Positions 38,879 to 48,744 of a DNA stretch of 64,000 nt are shown in pieces. Position numbers and translations under genes: made by a program. How positions within the stretch are numbered: the first letter of the stretch is position 1; each line of letters opens with the position of its first letter. The notes beneath the pieces are model-generated. The model saw only the letters and a program-made list of their open reading frames with translations, was not told where the DNA came from and made no database searches. This stretch comes from Candidatus Hydrogenedentota bacterium. Its GTDB lineage: Bacteria > Hydrogenedentota > Hydrogenedentia > Hydrogenedentales > SLHB01. The stretch covers positions 256,001 through 320,000 of the forward strand of contig CAXXYE010000011.1 of the NCBI GenBank assembly GCA_963674865.2, in the 5' to 3' direction.

Positions 38879-39955
38879 ATGGCGACAGCGCTTGACCTGG
38901 CACGCTCCGCGGGCAATCTTGAGCGAGTCCTGTCCATCTGCCGGAAGCGGGGCCGGATCCTGGTGTTGATGCAGAACAATCCCGACCCGGATGCGGTCGC
39001 CAGCGCGGCGGCGCTTCGAGACCTTGTGCATGCCCGTCTTCGTAAGCGAGTGACGATTGGATATGCGGGGGTGTGCGGCCGGGCGGAGAACCGGGCCATG
39101 CTTCACGTACTTCACGTCGATGCCAGGCAACTGACGCCGGATGCGCTCGATCGATATACCACCCTCTGTCTGGTGGATACCCATCCCCGCTCAGGCAATA
39201 ACGCGCTGTATACCTCGCGGCGGGCAGATGTGGTTATCGATCACCACGAGCCTGTTAGGGGGCGCCGGTGGGCCGCGCGATTCGCCGATATTCGACCCCA
39301 CTACGGCGCGACGTCGACAATCCTGTATGAGTATGTGCTGGCGGCCGGGATGAAACCCTCCGCCGACCTGGCCACGGCCCTCTTCTACGGCATCCAGTCG
39401 GACACGCAGTTCCTGGATCGTGATGCCGGCCCTGCCGATGCCGCGGCCTACGAGGCCCTTTTCCCGCTGGCGAACCGCAAGAAGCTCGCCCGTATCCGTC
39501 GGGCGCCTCTTCCGCCTGACTATTTCCGAATGCTGCACGACGGACTCGAGAGCTGTGTGTTGGTGGGGCGACTTGTCTTGTGTGCGCTACAAGATTGCGA
39601 TACCCCCGACATGATTGCCGAAGTGGCCGACGTGATGCTTCGTCTGGACGCCGTGAGGACGTCGGTTTGCTACGGACGCTACCGGGACAGAATACACTTC
39701 TCCGTGCGGACGGTGGATGCGCGGGGAAACGCGGCGGGCCGTGCCCGGCGTATTGTGAAAGGGATAGGGACGGCCGGTGGCCATGGTACTATTGCCGCGG
39801 GCCAAGTTCCGGCAGGCGAGGATGCCAATCCAAGGATGGCTGAGCTGCGCCGCAGAATACTTGCTGTTTTCGCGCCGCGAGAATCTGCCCAGCCGCTTAT
39901 TGAGTTGGACGGCCCGGTGTTGAATGTACCAAGGAGTGAAGGTGAGGTTTCGTAA
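38879..39955 (+). CDS. DHH/DHHA1 family phosphoesterase
   Basis: NPDPDAVAS, LVDT, IDHH, GATSTI, GIQSDT, SVR, GGH...A. Confidence 0.88.
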   Translation: MATALDLARSAGNLERVLSICRKRGRILVLMQNNPDPDAVASAAALRDLVHARLRKRVTIGYAGVCGRAENRAMLHVLHVDARQLTPDALDRYTTLCLVDTHPRSGNNALYTSRRADVVIDHHEPVRGRRWAARFADIRPHYGATSTILYEYVLAAGMKPSADLATALFYGIQSDTQFLDRDAGPADAAAYEALFPLANRKKLARIRRAPLPPDYFRMLHDGLESCVLVGRLVLCALQDCDTPDMIAEVADVMLRLDAVRTSVCYGRYRDRIHFSVRTVDARGNAAGRARRIVKGIGTAGGHGTIAAGQVPAGEDANPRMAELRRRILAVFAPRESAQPLIELDGPVLNVPRSEGEVS

Positions 39956-40818
39956 TGATCATTGACGCCCATAGCCACCCTGACTGGCACAAGCACGATT
40001 TCAATGCCTTCGTGGCGAACATGGACAAGTTCGGGATCGAACGCTCCTGGCTGCTCACATGGGAGTGCCCGCGCGATGAGTATGATCCCGTCTGCAATGC
40101 GGTCATTCCGCAATTCAGCACCACGGGGCCGATTCCCTTTCCCCGCTGTCTGGCATATGTCGAGCGCGCTCCGGAGCGTTTCGTTCTCGGATATGCCCCC
40201 GATCCCCGGCGGCCTGAGGCCATCGATCTGCTGAATGCGGCGATCGATACGTATGGAGTCCAGGTATACGGGGAACTGAAGGTGCGGATGACGTACGATA
40301 ACCCGGACGCACTTCGGATGTTTCGCTTCTGCGGAGAGCGGGGGCTGCCGGTGGTAGTCCATATTGATTACGAACTCGACCGGAACACGCGCTACCCCCG
40401 CCCGAATTGGTGGTATGGGGGCGGTATCGACGCGTTGGCCCGCGCCTTGCAAGCTTGTCCGGATACCGCGTTTCTAGGACATGCGCCCGGTTTCTGGGCT
40501 CACATCTCCGGCGATGACAAGTATGACAAGATAGCCTATCCTGAAGGCCCCGTTGTACCGGGGGGCAAGGTGGTCGCCCTATTGCGGGAATTCCCGAACC
40601 TGCATTGCGATCTATCGGCAGGATCGGGGATGCGGGCGTTGAGCCGTGACCCTGCATTCACCAAGGAGTTTCTCCTTGAGTTTCAAGACAGGTGCCTCTA
40701 CGGGCGAGACTATTTCGACAACCAGCACCAGGAATTCCTGAATGGCCTCGGCTTGCCCGACGGCGTCCTCGAGAAGATCTATTCGGGAAATGCCCTCAGG
40801 TTGGTTCCGCCAACCTAG
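39955..40818 (+). CDS. Amidohydrolase_2 family metallohydrolase
   Basis: IIDAHSH, GELK, PVVVH, FLGH, YGRD. Start overlaps the upstream stop (TAATG). Confidence 0.88.
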   Translation: MIIDAHSHPDWHKHDFNAFVANMDKFGIERSWLLTWECPRDEYDPVCNAVIPQFSTTGPIPFPRCLAYVERAPERFVLGYAPDPRRPEAIDLLNAAIDTYGVQVYGELKVRMTYDNPDALRMFRFCGERGLPVVVHIDYELDRNTRYPRPNWWYGGGIDALARALQACPDTAFLGHAPGFWAHISGDDKYDKIAYPEGPVVPGGKVVALLREFPNLHCDLSAGSGMRALSRDPAFTKEFLLEFQDRCLYGRDYFDNQHQEFLNGLGLPDGVLEKIYSGNALRLVPPT

Positions 40819-40951
40819 TGCGCGGCTTGAGGGTGAAGCAAGCCCTCTTCCGTCAAAGCCATCCGTCGCTCACCTTGAGTGGCCGCAACAGCTCCCGAAG
40901 AATTGAGCCATGCGCGGGGAGCTGCCACCGATGACGCACGGCGCAGCACGC

Positions 40952-42724
40952 CTATTCTCCTGTTTCGGCGTTGAGCAGCTCCTGCCAGACCGTTTCCGCA
41001 ACTTTGTTGACACCGGCCTCCTGCTTTCCCGTGCGCACCTGCTGCACCATCGATATCTTCCCGGCAAGTGCCTGTTTCTCACCCCTGACCATGTCGAGAA
41101 GTACCTCAGGATTTCGCGTGACGCCACGAGCATAGTCCGTTCGCGGAGGCTTGCCCATCACGCTCTTCATCGCAGCTTCCGCCGCATCATAGCGGGCCGT
41201 CATGTCGCGGGCAACACTCTCTTCAACAGCAAGAGCCCGCTCACTGAAAGCCGCCTTCTCCGCCTCCGTCTTTAGGTTCTTTCCCTGTTCGATTGCCCAC
41301 TTGCCAGTCAGCGTGTCGAGCGCACCTGCATAGTACTTCAGCGCAAAGACCACATACTTCTCCTCTGGATCTTCAAACTCGAAAATGGGCTCCATCGCTT
41401 CCCTTGTCATTTGCAATCGCTCGGCCATCGGCCACGAGAACTGCTCATTCTCGACACGACTGTACACATGCGCGAGGTAGCCCCTGAGATATACGTTCGC
41501 GTTGATTTCGTGGTAATGCCACTCCCGCCAGTCCTCCGGCAGGTGTTTCCAGTCGGTCGGGTACCGCGTCAGCCACTCGCGCGCCACGGAATTCATTTCA
41601 TCCGGCAGGTTCAGACTTCCAGCCAGGAGTACATGCTGCAAGACGATCCAGCGTTCCAATTCGAAGGGGAGATCCGTCAAGGGCCGGAGGTCGCGACAGA
41701 GCTTGAGCCGCTCCTCGTAGCCTTGGTCTGCCATATCTGCAAGAGCCATACATTGCCCGTACACGGCGTCGGAAATCGCCCCGTCCATGAACAATTGTGC
41801 GAGATTGGGCTGGAGATTCACTATGTGCGTGTAGTCCAAAACAGGATGTGTGTCCCATACTGTTGGGGGAGGCGAAGGCGACAGAGACTCGATGAAGGGG
41901 TCCGAATAGAGAACAACATCAACAGCATCTGGATGAGGCGACCTCCCTTCGGAACGCGCGACTGCTCCCTCCAGAATCCACTCCATGTACGACCGATAGG
42001 CGGCATTGTCTTCCTTCTTTAGAATGGACTGAATGAACGAAACGCCCGCCTCCGGCTGGCTCAGGGCCAAAGTCCACGGCGCTTTGCTACGAAGGGACAG
42101 CACCGCAGTGTCCGGTTCGTTCTTGAAGAGACTGCCAGCGCCAGGGTCCTTCATCGTGCAGTGTGCCGCTCTGCTGGCCCAGAACTCGGCCCTCTCCGTC
42201 CCCAACACGAATTCCAGATCTTCCTCACGTCCCGTCTCCAGAAGTGCTACCAGCGCCGGGGCTAGGACATTCTCGTGAGGAATGAACTTGATGACTTCCG
42301 GCAGATCGGCCTGCAGTATGTCTTTGGCCACATCCGCGACGCGTGGAGAGCCAGGTAAGGCCTTCAGGAGAATCCCGAACGCATCGTGCCACAGTTCCCA
42401 GCGCTCATCATCACTCAGGGCGCCAGGTGACTCAAAGAGAGCAAAGAGGGCCTCCACAAAATCTCGCTCAAGTGGGATCTCGGCGCCCGGATAGGGCGAT
42501 ACAACGCGGCCCCTCCATGCCTCCTGTTCTGGGCCTGGGAGCCGTCTATAGTGCGGCAGAATTCTTCTGTTTATTCGGGCCAAGGCTTGTTTTGTCTCAG
42601 CCAGTCCCTCGCCTCGAATATCGAGGGCGGGTTCCATCGAAACGAAGTCAAACTGCGCAACGGCATTGAAGCTCACGCATAATGACAGAAAAGGAACGGC
42701 GCAATAACGTCCAAAGGTAGCCAT
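40952..42724 (-). CDS. Secreted hypothetical helical protein
   Basis: AAGGAG RBS before ATG 42724 and signal peptide (..SFNAVA|Q). No family recognised. Confidence 0.75.
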   Translation of the reverse strand: MATFGRYCAVPFLSLCVSFNAVAQFDFVSMEPALDIRGEGLAETKQALARINRRILPHYRRLPGPEQEAWRGRVVSPYPGAEIPLERDFVEALFALFESPGALSDDERWELWHDAFGILLKALPGSPRVADVAKDILQADLPEVIKFIPHENVLAPALVALLETGREEDLEFVLGTERAEFWASRAAHCTMKDPGAGSLFKNEPDTAVLSLRSKAPWTLALSQPEAGVSFIQSILKKEDNAAYRSYMEWILEGAVARSEGRSPHPDAVDVVLYSDPFIESLSPSPPPTVWDTHPVLDYTHIVNLQPNLAQLFMDGAISDAVYGQCMALADMADQGYEERLKLCRDLRPLTDLPFELERWIVLQHVLLAGSLNLPDEMNSVAREWLTRYPTDWKHLPEDWREWHYHEINANVYLRGYLAHVYSRVENEQFSWPMAERLQMTREAMEPIFEFEDPEEKYVVFALKYYAGALDTLTGKWAIEQGKNLKTEAEKAAFSERALAVEESVARDMTARYDAAEAAMKSVMGKPPRTDYARGVTRNPEVLLDMVRGEKQALAGKISMVQQVRTGKQEAGVNKVAETVWQELLNAETGE

Positions 42725-42807
42725 GGTACGTGCTCCTTGTATGCTTCGGACTCGCCCAAAACCGTCAGTTGATCTGACTATGTTAGGCAAAATGAACGTC
42801 ATCGTTA

Positions 42808-43038
42808 TCAGAATACGCCAACCTGCGATTGGTCTGCTGCGGATTGGATCGGGGGGCCGGTCTCCGTGGTTACGTTGACGGTCGAAATCCATGCCTTGTC
42901 CGATCCCCGATCGCCACTGTACCACATTGCATTGTTCTGGAAGTTCACGTTGGTGCTGGTGCGATCAATGTGTCGCAGGCCCTTGCTGTGGCCAACCTCA
43001 TGGACAAGCGTACGCCCGCAGCGCACGAAATCGTCGCA
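42808..43038 (-). pseudogene. C-terminal remnant of a metzincin-type zinc metallopeptidase
   Basis: TLVHEVGHSKGLRH (HExxHxxGxxH) followed by Met-turn-like NAMW. The frame is closed by TGA at 43039-43041 and there is no RBS or N-terminal domain. Confidence 0.7.
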
Positions 43039-43202
43039 TCAGGGACTGCTGGGCGACATCGCCGACGGCGGCGCGGCGCCGAGATGCGCTGTTAACAACC
43101 CGCGCCACGAGTTCCTACGACGAGCAGAGCTGGCTGTACAGTCTGCTCCAATCGTCGGCACAACAGCTTACCCTCCGGGCATAGCCCAAGTACCCTCGGA
43201 AC

Positions 43203-43227
43203 GCGGGGAGGGATCCTCCCTCCCCGC
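43203..43227. terminator. Perfect hairpin downstream of ECF sigma pseudogene
   Basis: gcggggaggg-atcct-ccctccccgc (10-bp stem). Confidence 0.6.
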
Positions 43228-43261
43228 CCTATCTAATTCCGTTGCAGAAAAGTCCGGGATT

Positions 43262-43630
43262 TCACGCCTCGTGAGTGTTCTCGTGCAATTCCCGGAACTT
43301 CTTGAGAGAGCGATGCAGTCTGACTCTCACCCGTACCACGTTCCAGCCTAGGAGTTGCGCGATTTCGGTGGCCTTAAGTCCTTGGACGTATCTCATCTCC
43401 ACGAGCGCTCTGTCGAAAGTGCTGAGGCGGGAAAGCAGCGCGTGGAGGTATATCGCTGCGTCACGTTGATGTGATCTTGCCGTGCTGGTAGGACGACTGC
43501 GTCACAACTCCACGTACGCCTCCCTGGCTCGGGCGTTTCTTAATCGCCGACTCCAATGACGGTAGCCTACGCGCGTAGCAATACGCCCAAGCCACCTGGA
43601 GAAGATTCCTTGTCGCCTGTAGCCATTAGC
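43262..43630 (-). pseudogene. ECF sigma-70 factor pseudogene (5' deleted, internal TGA)
   Basis: Manual translation: region 2 tail GYRRQGIFSRWLGRIATRVGYRHWSRR, TGA at 43502-43504, then in the same frame region 4 LSRLSTFDRALVEMRYVQGLKATEIAQLLGWNVVRVRVRLHRSLKKFRE, stop at 43262. Confidence 0.85.
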
Positions 43631-43699
43631 TGCCGCGCCCTGACCTACAAGATAAGGGCGTACCGCGAGCAAGGCTACGACGTCGCCCCGCCGGAATAG
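43625..43699 (+). pseudogene. C-terminal remnant of a Fis-type HTH (sigma54 enhancer-binding protein-like)
   Basis: Manual translation ISCRALTYKIRAYREQGYDVAPPE* resembles the HTH_8 end (GISRRTLxYKL), followed by a strong terminator. Confidence 0.55.
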
Positions 43700-43721
43700 T
43701 CGATCCTCAGGCCAATGCAAA

Positions 43722-43760
43722 CGCCCCGCCTCCCCATTCGGGGAGGCGGGGCGGCTCTTT
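43722..43760. terminator. Intrinsic terminator, probably bidirectional
   Basis: cgccccgcctcccc-attc-ggggaggcggggcg (14-bp perfect stem) + gctcttt, with aaa on the other side. A second hairpin lies at 43768-43793. Confidence 0.8.
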
Positions 43761-43800
43761 CGATGCGTGCGCAGCCCTACCGAGGGCTACGCAGTGATTG

Positions 43801-46800
43801 TTAGTACGTCAGGTTCTCCACGTCGACAAGGAAGTTGCCCCCGTCGCGGTCAGCAACAAGGTCGGTGACGCTGCCACGGCCCGTGGCGGGATCCCAGCGA
43901 TTCCTGTACTCGTTTGGATCGAATGGGTCGGCCGAAAACCGGACCGTGTCGTCGCCGTTCCCACCGTAGCAGTTGGCGTTGCCGCCGAAAGCGGAGATAG
44001 TGTCGTCCTCGTCGTCGCCGTACAGCAGGTCGCGCTGGCCGGGATTGTTGACGCCGCCGCTCAGGATGTCCTCACCGGCGCCTCCGCGGATGGTATCGCG
44101 GTAGGGACCGCCGGAAAGCACGTCCGCGCCGCCGTTGCCCGCCATTTGCGAAGAAGAACCCAGGTCGGACCAGTCAACGACGTCGTCGCCGGCGGCGCCC
44201 ACGAACTGCTCAAACCCATGACATCCGATGAGTTCATAGTACGTGTAGCTGGAGTCCGTGATCTTCACCACATCCCGCGTTCCCGCGCCGCCGTCGATGA
44301 CATCCAGGTTGGCCACCTCACTGAGGAAGACGAAGTCGTCCCCGGGGCCGCCGAAGCAGGCGTCGCTCCCGGCGCCCGGATGTAGCTGATCGTTGTCGCC
44401 GCCGCCGAGCAATACGTCATCCCCGGTCGTGCCGCCCAACAAGTAGTCATACCCGGCGCCACCGACCAGAATGTCGTGTCCGTTATGGCCGTTCAGTTTG
44501 TCATTCCCCGCAAGGCCGATGAGAATGTCATTGCCCAGCGTACCCAGCAGGCTATCCTTGCCGGTAGTGCCCACGATGAGCGTATCGTAAGTAATCCCGT
44601 TGCCGAAAGTGACGTCCGGCGCGTATCCGATGGAGCGTATCCCGTCGCGCCCGGGCACCGTGTCGGCGACACGTACATCCGCGCCGACCACCAGGTACTC
44701 GTACTCCCAGGGCTGGCCTGTTAGGACAACCGACGCATACACGTCCGGCCCCTCGTCGGCGCCGATGTCATAATCCGACCCGTCGCCCGTGGCCGCTCCG
44801 AGGCCGTCGCCATCCGCGCCGCGCGCTTCACCGTCCAGGTCCGTCACAACCGAGCCAAGCCCCGGGGCGCTTGTGTCGACGCCGGTGTCGATGGCCGGAG
44901 AACCCGCCTGCAGGTGGTAGTCAACCATGGTGTAAACGTCGCCGGTTACCACCAGCGCCTCGAAGCCGCCGTCAACCACAACCGTGGTTGCCGTGTTGGC
45001 CACAACGTAGGCCTGAAGCGCCGGGTCGGCCCAAGGATTGATCAGCCGTCCCACAAGCGCGCCGTCCGCAAACGACGCGAGGGCGTCGGTGAAGGTCGTT
45101 CGGTTTGTTGCCGCATCGTAACTCGGTGCTGCTGTCCAAGCGCCGGACACTTCCGTCAAGAAGACGGGATCGCCGCCCACGTTTTCGCTTGCCTCCGCTA
45201 TGGACGCGTTGATCTGTCCGGCGCCGGTGTAGAGCATCGGCGTCACGTCGTCGAAATCAAGATAGTCGCCGTCCGGGTTGCCATAGAACAAGCAGCAGGT
45301 TACGAGCGGGTCTGAGGATGCGTCGAACTCGACGATGGCAACGCCCGTATTGCCCACGAAGATACAGTCGGTGATAGTGGGTGCGGCGTTCCACATGCCT
45401 ATGCCGCCGGAGGCCGTCGTCGCCGCGTTGTGCGCGATCGTGCAGTTCGACACGATGGCGGTCGCGTCTACCATGCCGATTGCGGCGCCGAACGTAGCTG
45501 TTGCGGCGTTGCCGCTGATGACGCAGCTAGTGACTGTCGGCTGAGCGCCCAGCGAGACAAACAGGCCGCCGCCGCCATTGCTGCCGTCGCCATACGCCTC
45601 GTTGGCGCTGATGGTGCAGTCCGACAGCACGGGATAACACGGATCGATGACGCATACGCCGCCGCCCGCGTCCCACGAGACATTTCCCGCCACCGTGCAT
45701 CCGGCGATGACCGGCGCAGCGCCGCCTGCGATGTATATGCCGCCGCCGCACGAGGTCGCCGAGTTGTTGTGAATGGTGCAGCCCGATACGGTCGGTGTGG
45801 CATTGACGCAGGCCAACCCGCCGCCCCCGTAGGCCGCATTACCGGTAATCGCGCAATCGGAGACGGAGCATGAGGAGTCGATATCCCTGCAGAGAATGCC
45901 GCCGCCGTTGTCTTCTGAGCCATATTGTGTATCACCACCCGTTACGGTGAAGCCCTCGATCAGTGACGCTACGACACCGTCCATGACCACCACATTCCCT
46001 GCCGGTGAGCCCTCCTGGGAGGTGCTCCCGTCGATGATCGTGGGATGCAGTGCCGTATCCCGTGTCCAGCCGCCGGCCTCGTAGCCGCCAAGGAGGCATT
46101 CGTAGCTGTCCAGAATGAGGGAATACACGCCGGGCGACTCGCTCAATTTCGTGTACGTACCCTCGGCCACCTTGATGCAGATCAGGTTCGCTACGTTGCC
46201 CTCCACCAATTCAACGGCGTGGGCGATTGTTGCCCAAGGATGGGCCTGTGTGCCGAAGCCTGAGCCGGTTGCATCGCTGCCGCCGGCGGCATCCACGTAT
46301 ACGTCGCTATTGAAGGACGATGCGTCCAGCGGAAGCGTACCTCCGTCGACCTCAGTGCCGTCCGGTATGCCGTCGTCATCCGAGTCCTTGTCGCTTGGAT
46401 TGGTTCCGAGCCCTATCTCGTCGATATCCGTTAGGCCGTCACCGTCGCAGTCTGCGTTGATGTTGGTTCCCGTGCCGCTCAGTGCGACGGAAACGGACGG
46501 CGTATCCGCGTCATTCGTAGCGACAAACACGTCGTCCAGGAAGGGGACTGAGAGGCACGTCGCCATCGGCGCGAACCGGACGGTAAGCACTACCGATTCG
46601 CCGGCGGGCAAGTAGGCCGGCAATCCCGGTACGCCCTCGAGCGTAAATGCGCCTGTGCTTCCGTAAGTCCCCATGCGCGCGTCAACGCTGTAGATGTCCA
46701 CGATCCTGAGCGGGCCCGTGCCGGTGTTCTCGACGGTTACGGTGCCCGCAACGTTGAACGTGGCCTCGACCACCGGAAACGCCATGGCGTGGTCGTCAGC

Positions 46801-48744
46801 GGCGGCGATGGAATCCGTCACCACAACATCCCCGTACTCTCCGGGATAGCCGACGTATTCATACGCGCCGATGTCGTACTCGGCGCCCGTGCCGTCTTGG
46901 CCTTGCCCGAGAATGTCCGCCGGACGTGGATTACCGTCCGCATCGGCCGCGGGCGCTTCCGTATCAGCCCCCATATCGATACAAGGGGAGCCATTCGCGA
47001 TGTGATAATCGACGATTTGGTAGGCCGTTGCCGCTGCGGCGGCAACTTCGCCTACCACCGTCACGCTGTCTGCCGTATTCGCAACGACCAGCGATTGAAG
47101 ATTGCTCGCGGAATCGGCCTGGAGCAGACTCCCGACGAGGGCTCCCGCCGTGAACGTTGCCGAAGCGTCGACAAGCGTCGTCCGATTCGACACGGTGTCG
47201 TACGACGCGGCCGCCGTCCACCCGCCCGATGCGGGGGCTAGATACAGCGGGTCGCCGTCCACGTTATCGCTAGCTTCGGCCACATTGGTGTTGATGGCGC
47301 TCGCGCCCGTATGTGAACCCGTCTCGTTGTCGTAGTAGTCGCCGTCCGTGTTGTCGTTGAAGAGACAGCAAGACGTGAACGGATCCGTCAGCGGATTGGA
47401 TTCGTAGATTCCGTAGCCTGCGTTGCCATCGAAGACCGTGTTAACGAAGAAAGCGGGGGACAGCAGCGAGGAGTAGTCGCAATACGCGCCATCCCCGGCA
47501 TTGTCGCCAATAGTGCAATTGGCCACCGTGGGCGACGAGTAGTAGAAGTGCATCCCGTGCCCCTGATTCCCACTGATAACGCAGTTTATGAAAGCCACCG
47601 CCGAGTAGTAATCGTCGGAACAGTAGATGCCGTTAAGCGCATTGCCGGCTACGGTGCAGCCGGAAATCGTCAGGAACGGATCGCCGCCCGTCCACCAGTC
47701 CATGTCGAGGAGCAACCCATTGCCCAGGTTCCCCGCCACGATGCAGTCTGCAATAATGGGCGGCGTGCTGCCTTTGCCCCAGCCCCACCAATGGTACTCC
47801 GCACCCGCCAAGGCATTGCCGCTGATGGTGCAGTCGATCAGGGTGAGCATGTCATAGCCGAAGCAGTACACACCCGCCGCTTCGTTGTCCATGATGACGC
47901 AATCCGTGATGGCGGTCGAGCTGTATTGGCCGAAGATCCCGTGCCCGAGATTGCCGCTGATTGTACATCCCGCTATCATGTTTGTGTTGAGCGCGTTGAC
48001 GCAAAGAACACCTGCTGTGTCTGCGCCTGTACACGTCAACCCATCCAAGCGCGCGTCGGACACATTCTCCAACGTCGCCGCGTAGTCCATCCCTGACGCG
48101 TCCAAGACCGTGACGTAGGCCGACGGATCGCGCTCGCTCAAGAGCGCTTCAGTCCCTGCGAAACCGCCGTATACCGCCACCGAGGAAGGCACTTCGACAC
48201 ACTCGGGATACGTCCCTTCCGCCACCCAGACCTCTGGAACGGAGAAGACCGCTGCCACCGTCAGCGCCGGCCCGATTTCCTCAAAGGCGTTCGGCCAGTC
48301 GGCACCCGTGCCCGCGCCCGTAGCATCCGTGTCCACGTAGACGTGCGTCCCTGGGAAGGCGCTGACCACAAGCGTGCTGGCGTCTGCTGTTGCAGGGGCC
48401 GCCTCCTCATTCGTCGCCGCGTCCGTCGCGATGGTGTAGAACTCGTACCGGCCATCGCCGCCCGTCGTCGTGCTGTCGAATGAGATAGGACTGCTGCTGT
48501 AGCCGCTTCCGTACTCCGTCCACGGGCCGCCGTCCTTGCTGAAATGCAGACTCACATCGGCCACGCCGCTGTCCGCGTCGGATGCCGTGTAAGCGATGTC
48601 TAACACCGCCTGCGTCGTGAGCGGGGCAAGGTCCAGAACACTAGACTCGGGGGGAGTGGTATCAGTCCCCACAATAGCCCATGCCGACCCGCAGAGAACA
48701 CATAGTGCCAGAAACAGAGTTGTCCTTGAGATTGCCCGAATCAT
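43801..48744 (-). CDS. Giant secreted surface protein: Ig-like domain, two right-handed beta-helix modules, choice-of-anchor Q/D-like segments, Ca-binding DxDxDG repeats, C-terminal RTX repeats
   Basis: Signal peptide from ATG 48744 (GGGGAG RBS). Many CxIxGN repeats, SPCID.G...DIGAYE, DCDGDGLTD..E..GTNP...DSDDDG, and GGxGxD nonapeptides. Confidence 0.88.
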   Translation of the reverse strand: MIRAISRTTLFLALCVLCGSAWAIVGTDTTPPESSVLDLAPLTTQAVLDIAYTASDADSGVADVSLHFSKDGGPWTEYGSGYSSSPISFDSTTTGGDGRYEFYTIATDAATNEEAAPATADASTLVVSAFPGTHVYVDTDATGAGTGADWPNAFEEIGPALTVAAVFSVPEVWVAEGTYPECVEVPSSVAVYGGFAGTEALLSERDPSAYVTVLDASGMDYAATLENVSDARLDGLTCTGADTAGVLCVNALNTNMIAGCTISGNLGHGIFGQYSSTAITDCVIMDNEAAGVYCFGYDMLTLIDCTISGNALAGAEYHWWGWGKGSTPPIIADCIVAGNLGNGLLLDMDWWTGGDPFLTISGCTVAGNALNGIYCSDDYYSAVAFINCVISGNQGHGMHFYYSSPTVANCTIGDNAGDGAYCDYSSLLSPAFFVNTVFDGNAGYGIYESNPLTDPFTSCCLFNDNTDGDYYDNETGSHTGASAINTNVAEASDNVDGDPLYLAPASGGWTAAASYDTVSNRTTLVDASATFTAGALVGSLLQADSASNLQSLVVANTADSVTVVGEVAAAAATAYQIVDYHIANGSPCIDMGADTEAPAADADGNPRPADILGQGQDGTGAEYDIGAYEYVGYPGEYGDVVVTDSIAAADDHAMAFPVVEATFNVAGTVTVENTGTGPLRIVDIYSVDARMGTYGSTGAFTLEGVPGLPAYLPAGESVVLTVRFAPMATCLSVPFLDDVFVATNDADTPSVSVALSGTGTNINADCDGDGLTDIDEIGLGTNPSDKDSDDDGIPDGTEVDGGTLPLDASSFNSDVYVDAAGGSDATGSGFGTQAHPWATIAHAVELVEGNVANLICIKVAEGTYTKLSESPGVYSLILDSYECLLGGYEAGGWTRDTALHPTIIDGSTSQEGSPAGNVVVMDGVVASLIEGFTVTGGDTQYGSEDNGGGILCRDIDSSCSVSDCAITGNAAYGGGGLACVNATPTVSGCTIHNNSATSCGGGIYIAGGAAPVIAGCTVAGNVSWDAGGGVCVIDPCYPVLSDCTISANEAYGDGSNGGGGLFVSLGAQPTVTSCVISGNAATATFGAAIGMVDATAIVSNCTIAHNAATTASGGIGMWNAAPTITDCIFVGNTGVAIVEFDASSDPLVTCCLFYGNPDGDYLDFDDVTPMLYTGAGQINASIAEASENVGGDPVFLTEVSGAWTAAPSYDAATNRTTFTDALASFADGALVGRLINPWADPALQAYVVANTATTVVVDGGFEALVVTGDVYTMVDYHLQAGSPAIDTGVDTSAPGLGSVVTDLDGEARGADGDGLGAATGDGSDYDIGADEGPDVYASVVLTGQPWEYEYLVVGADVRVADTVPGRDGIRSIGYAPDVTFGNGITYDTLIVGTTGKDSLLGTLGNDILIGLAGNDKLNGHNGHDILVGGAGYDYLLGGTTGDDVLLGGGDNDQLHPGAGSDACFGGPGDDFVFLSEVANLDVIDGGAGTRDVVKITDSSYTYYELIGCHGFEQFVGAAGDDVVDWSDLGSSSQMAGNGGADVLSGGPYRDTIRGGAGEDILSGGVNNPGQRDLLYGDDEDDTISAFGGNANCYGGNGDDTVRFSADPFDPNEYRNRWDPATGRGSVTDLVADRDGGNFLVDVENLTY

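Noticed and set aside
43502..43504. Selenocysteine or programmed readthrough of the TGA in the ECF sigma gene
   Set aside because: The TGA is in a non-catalytic linker and the gene also lacks its 5' end, so decay is the simpler explanation.
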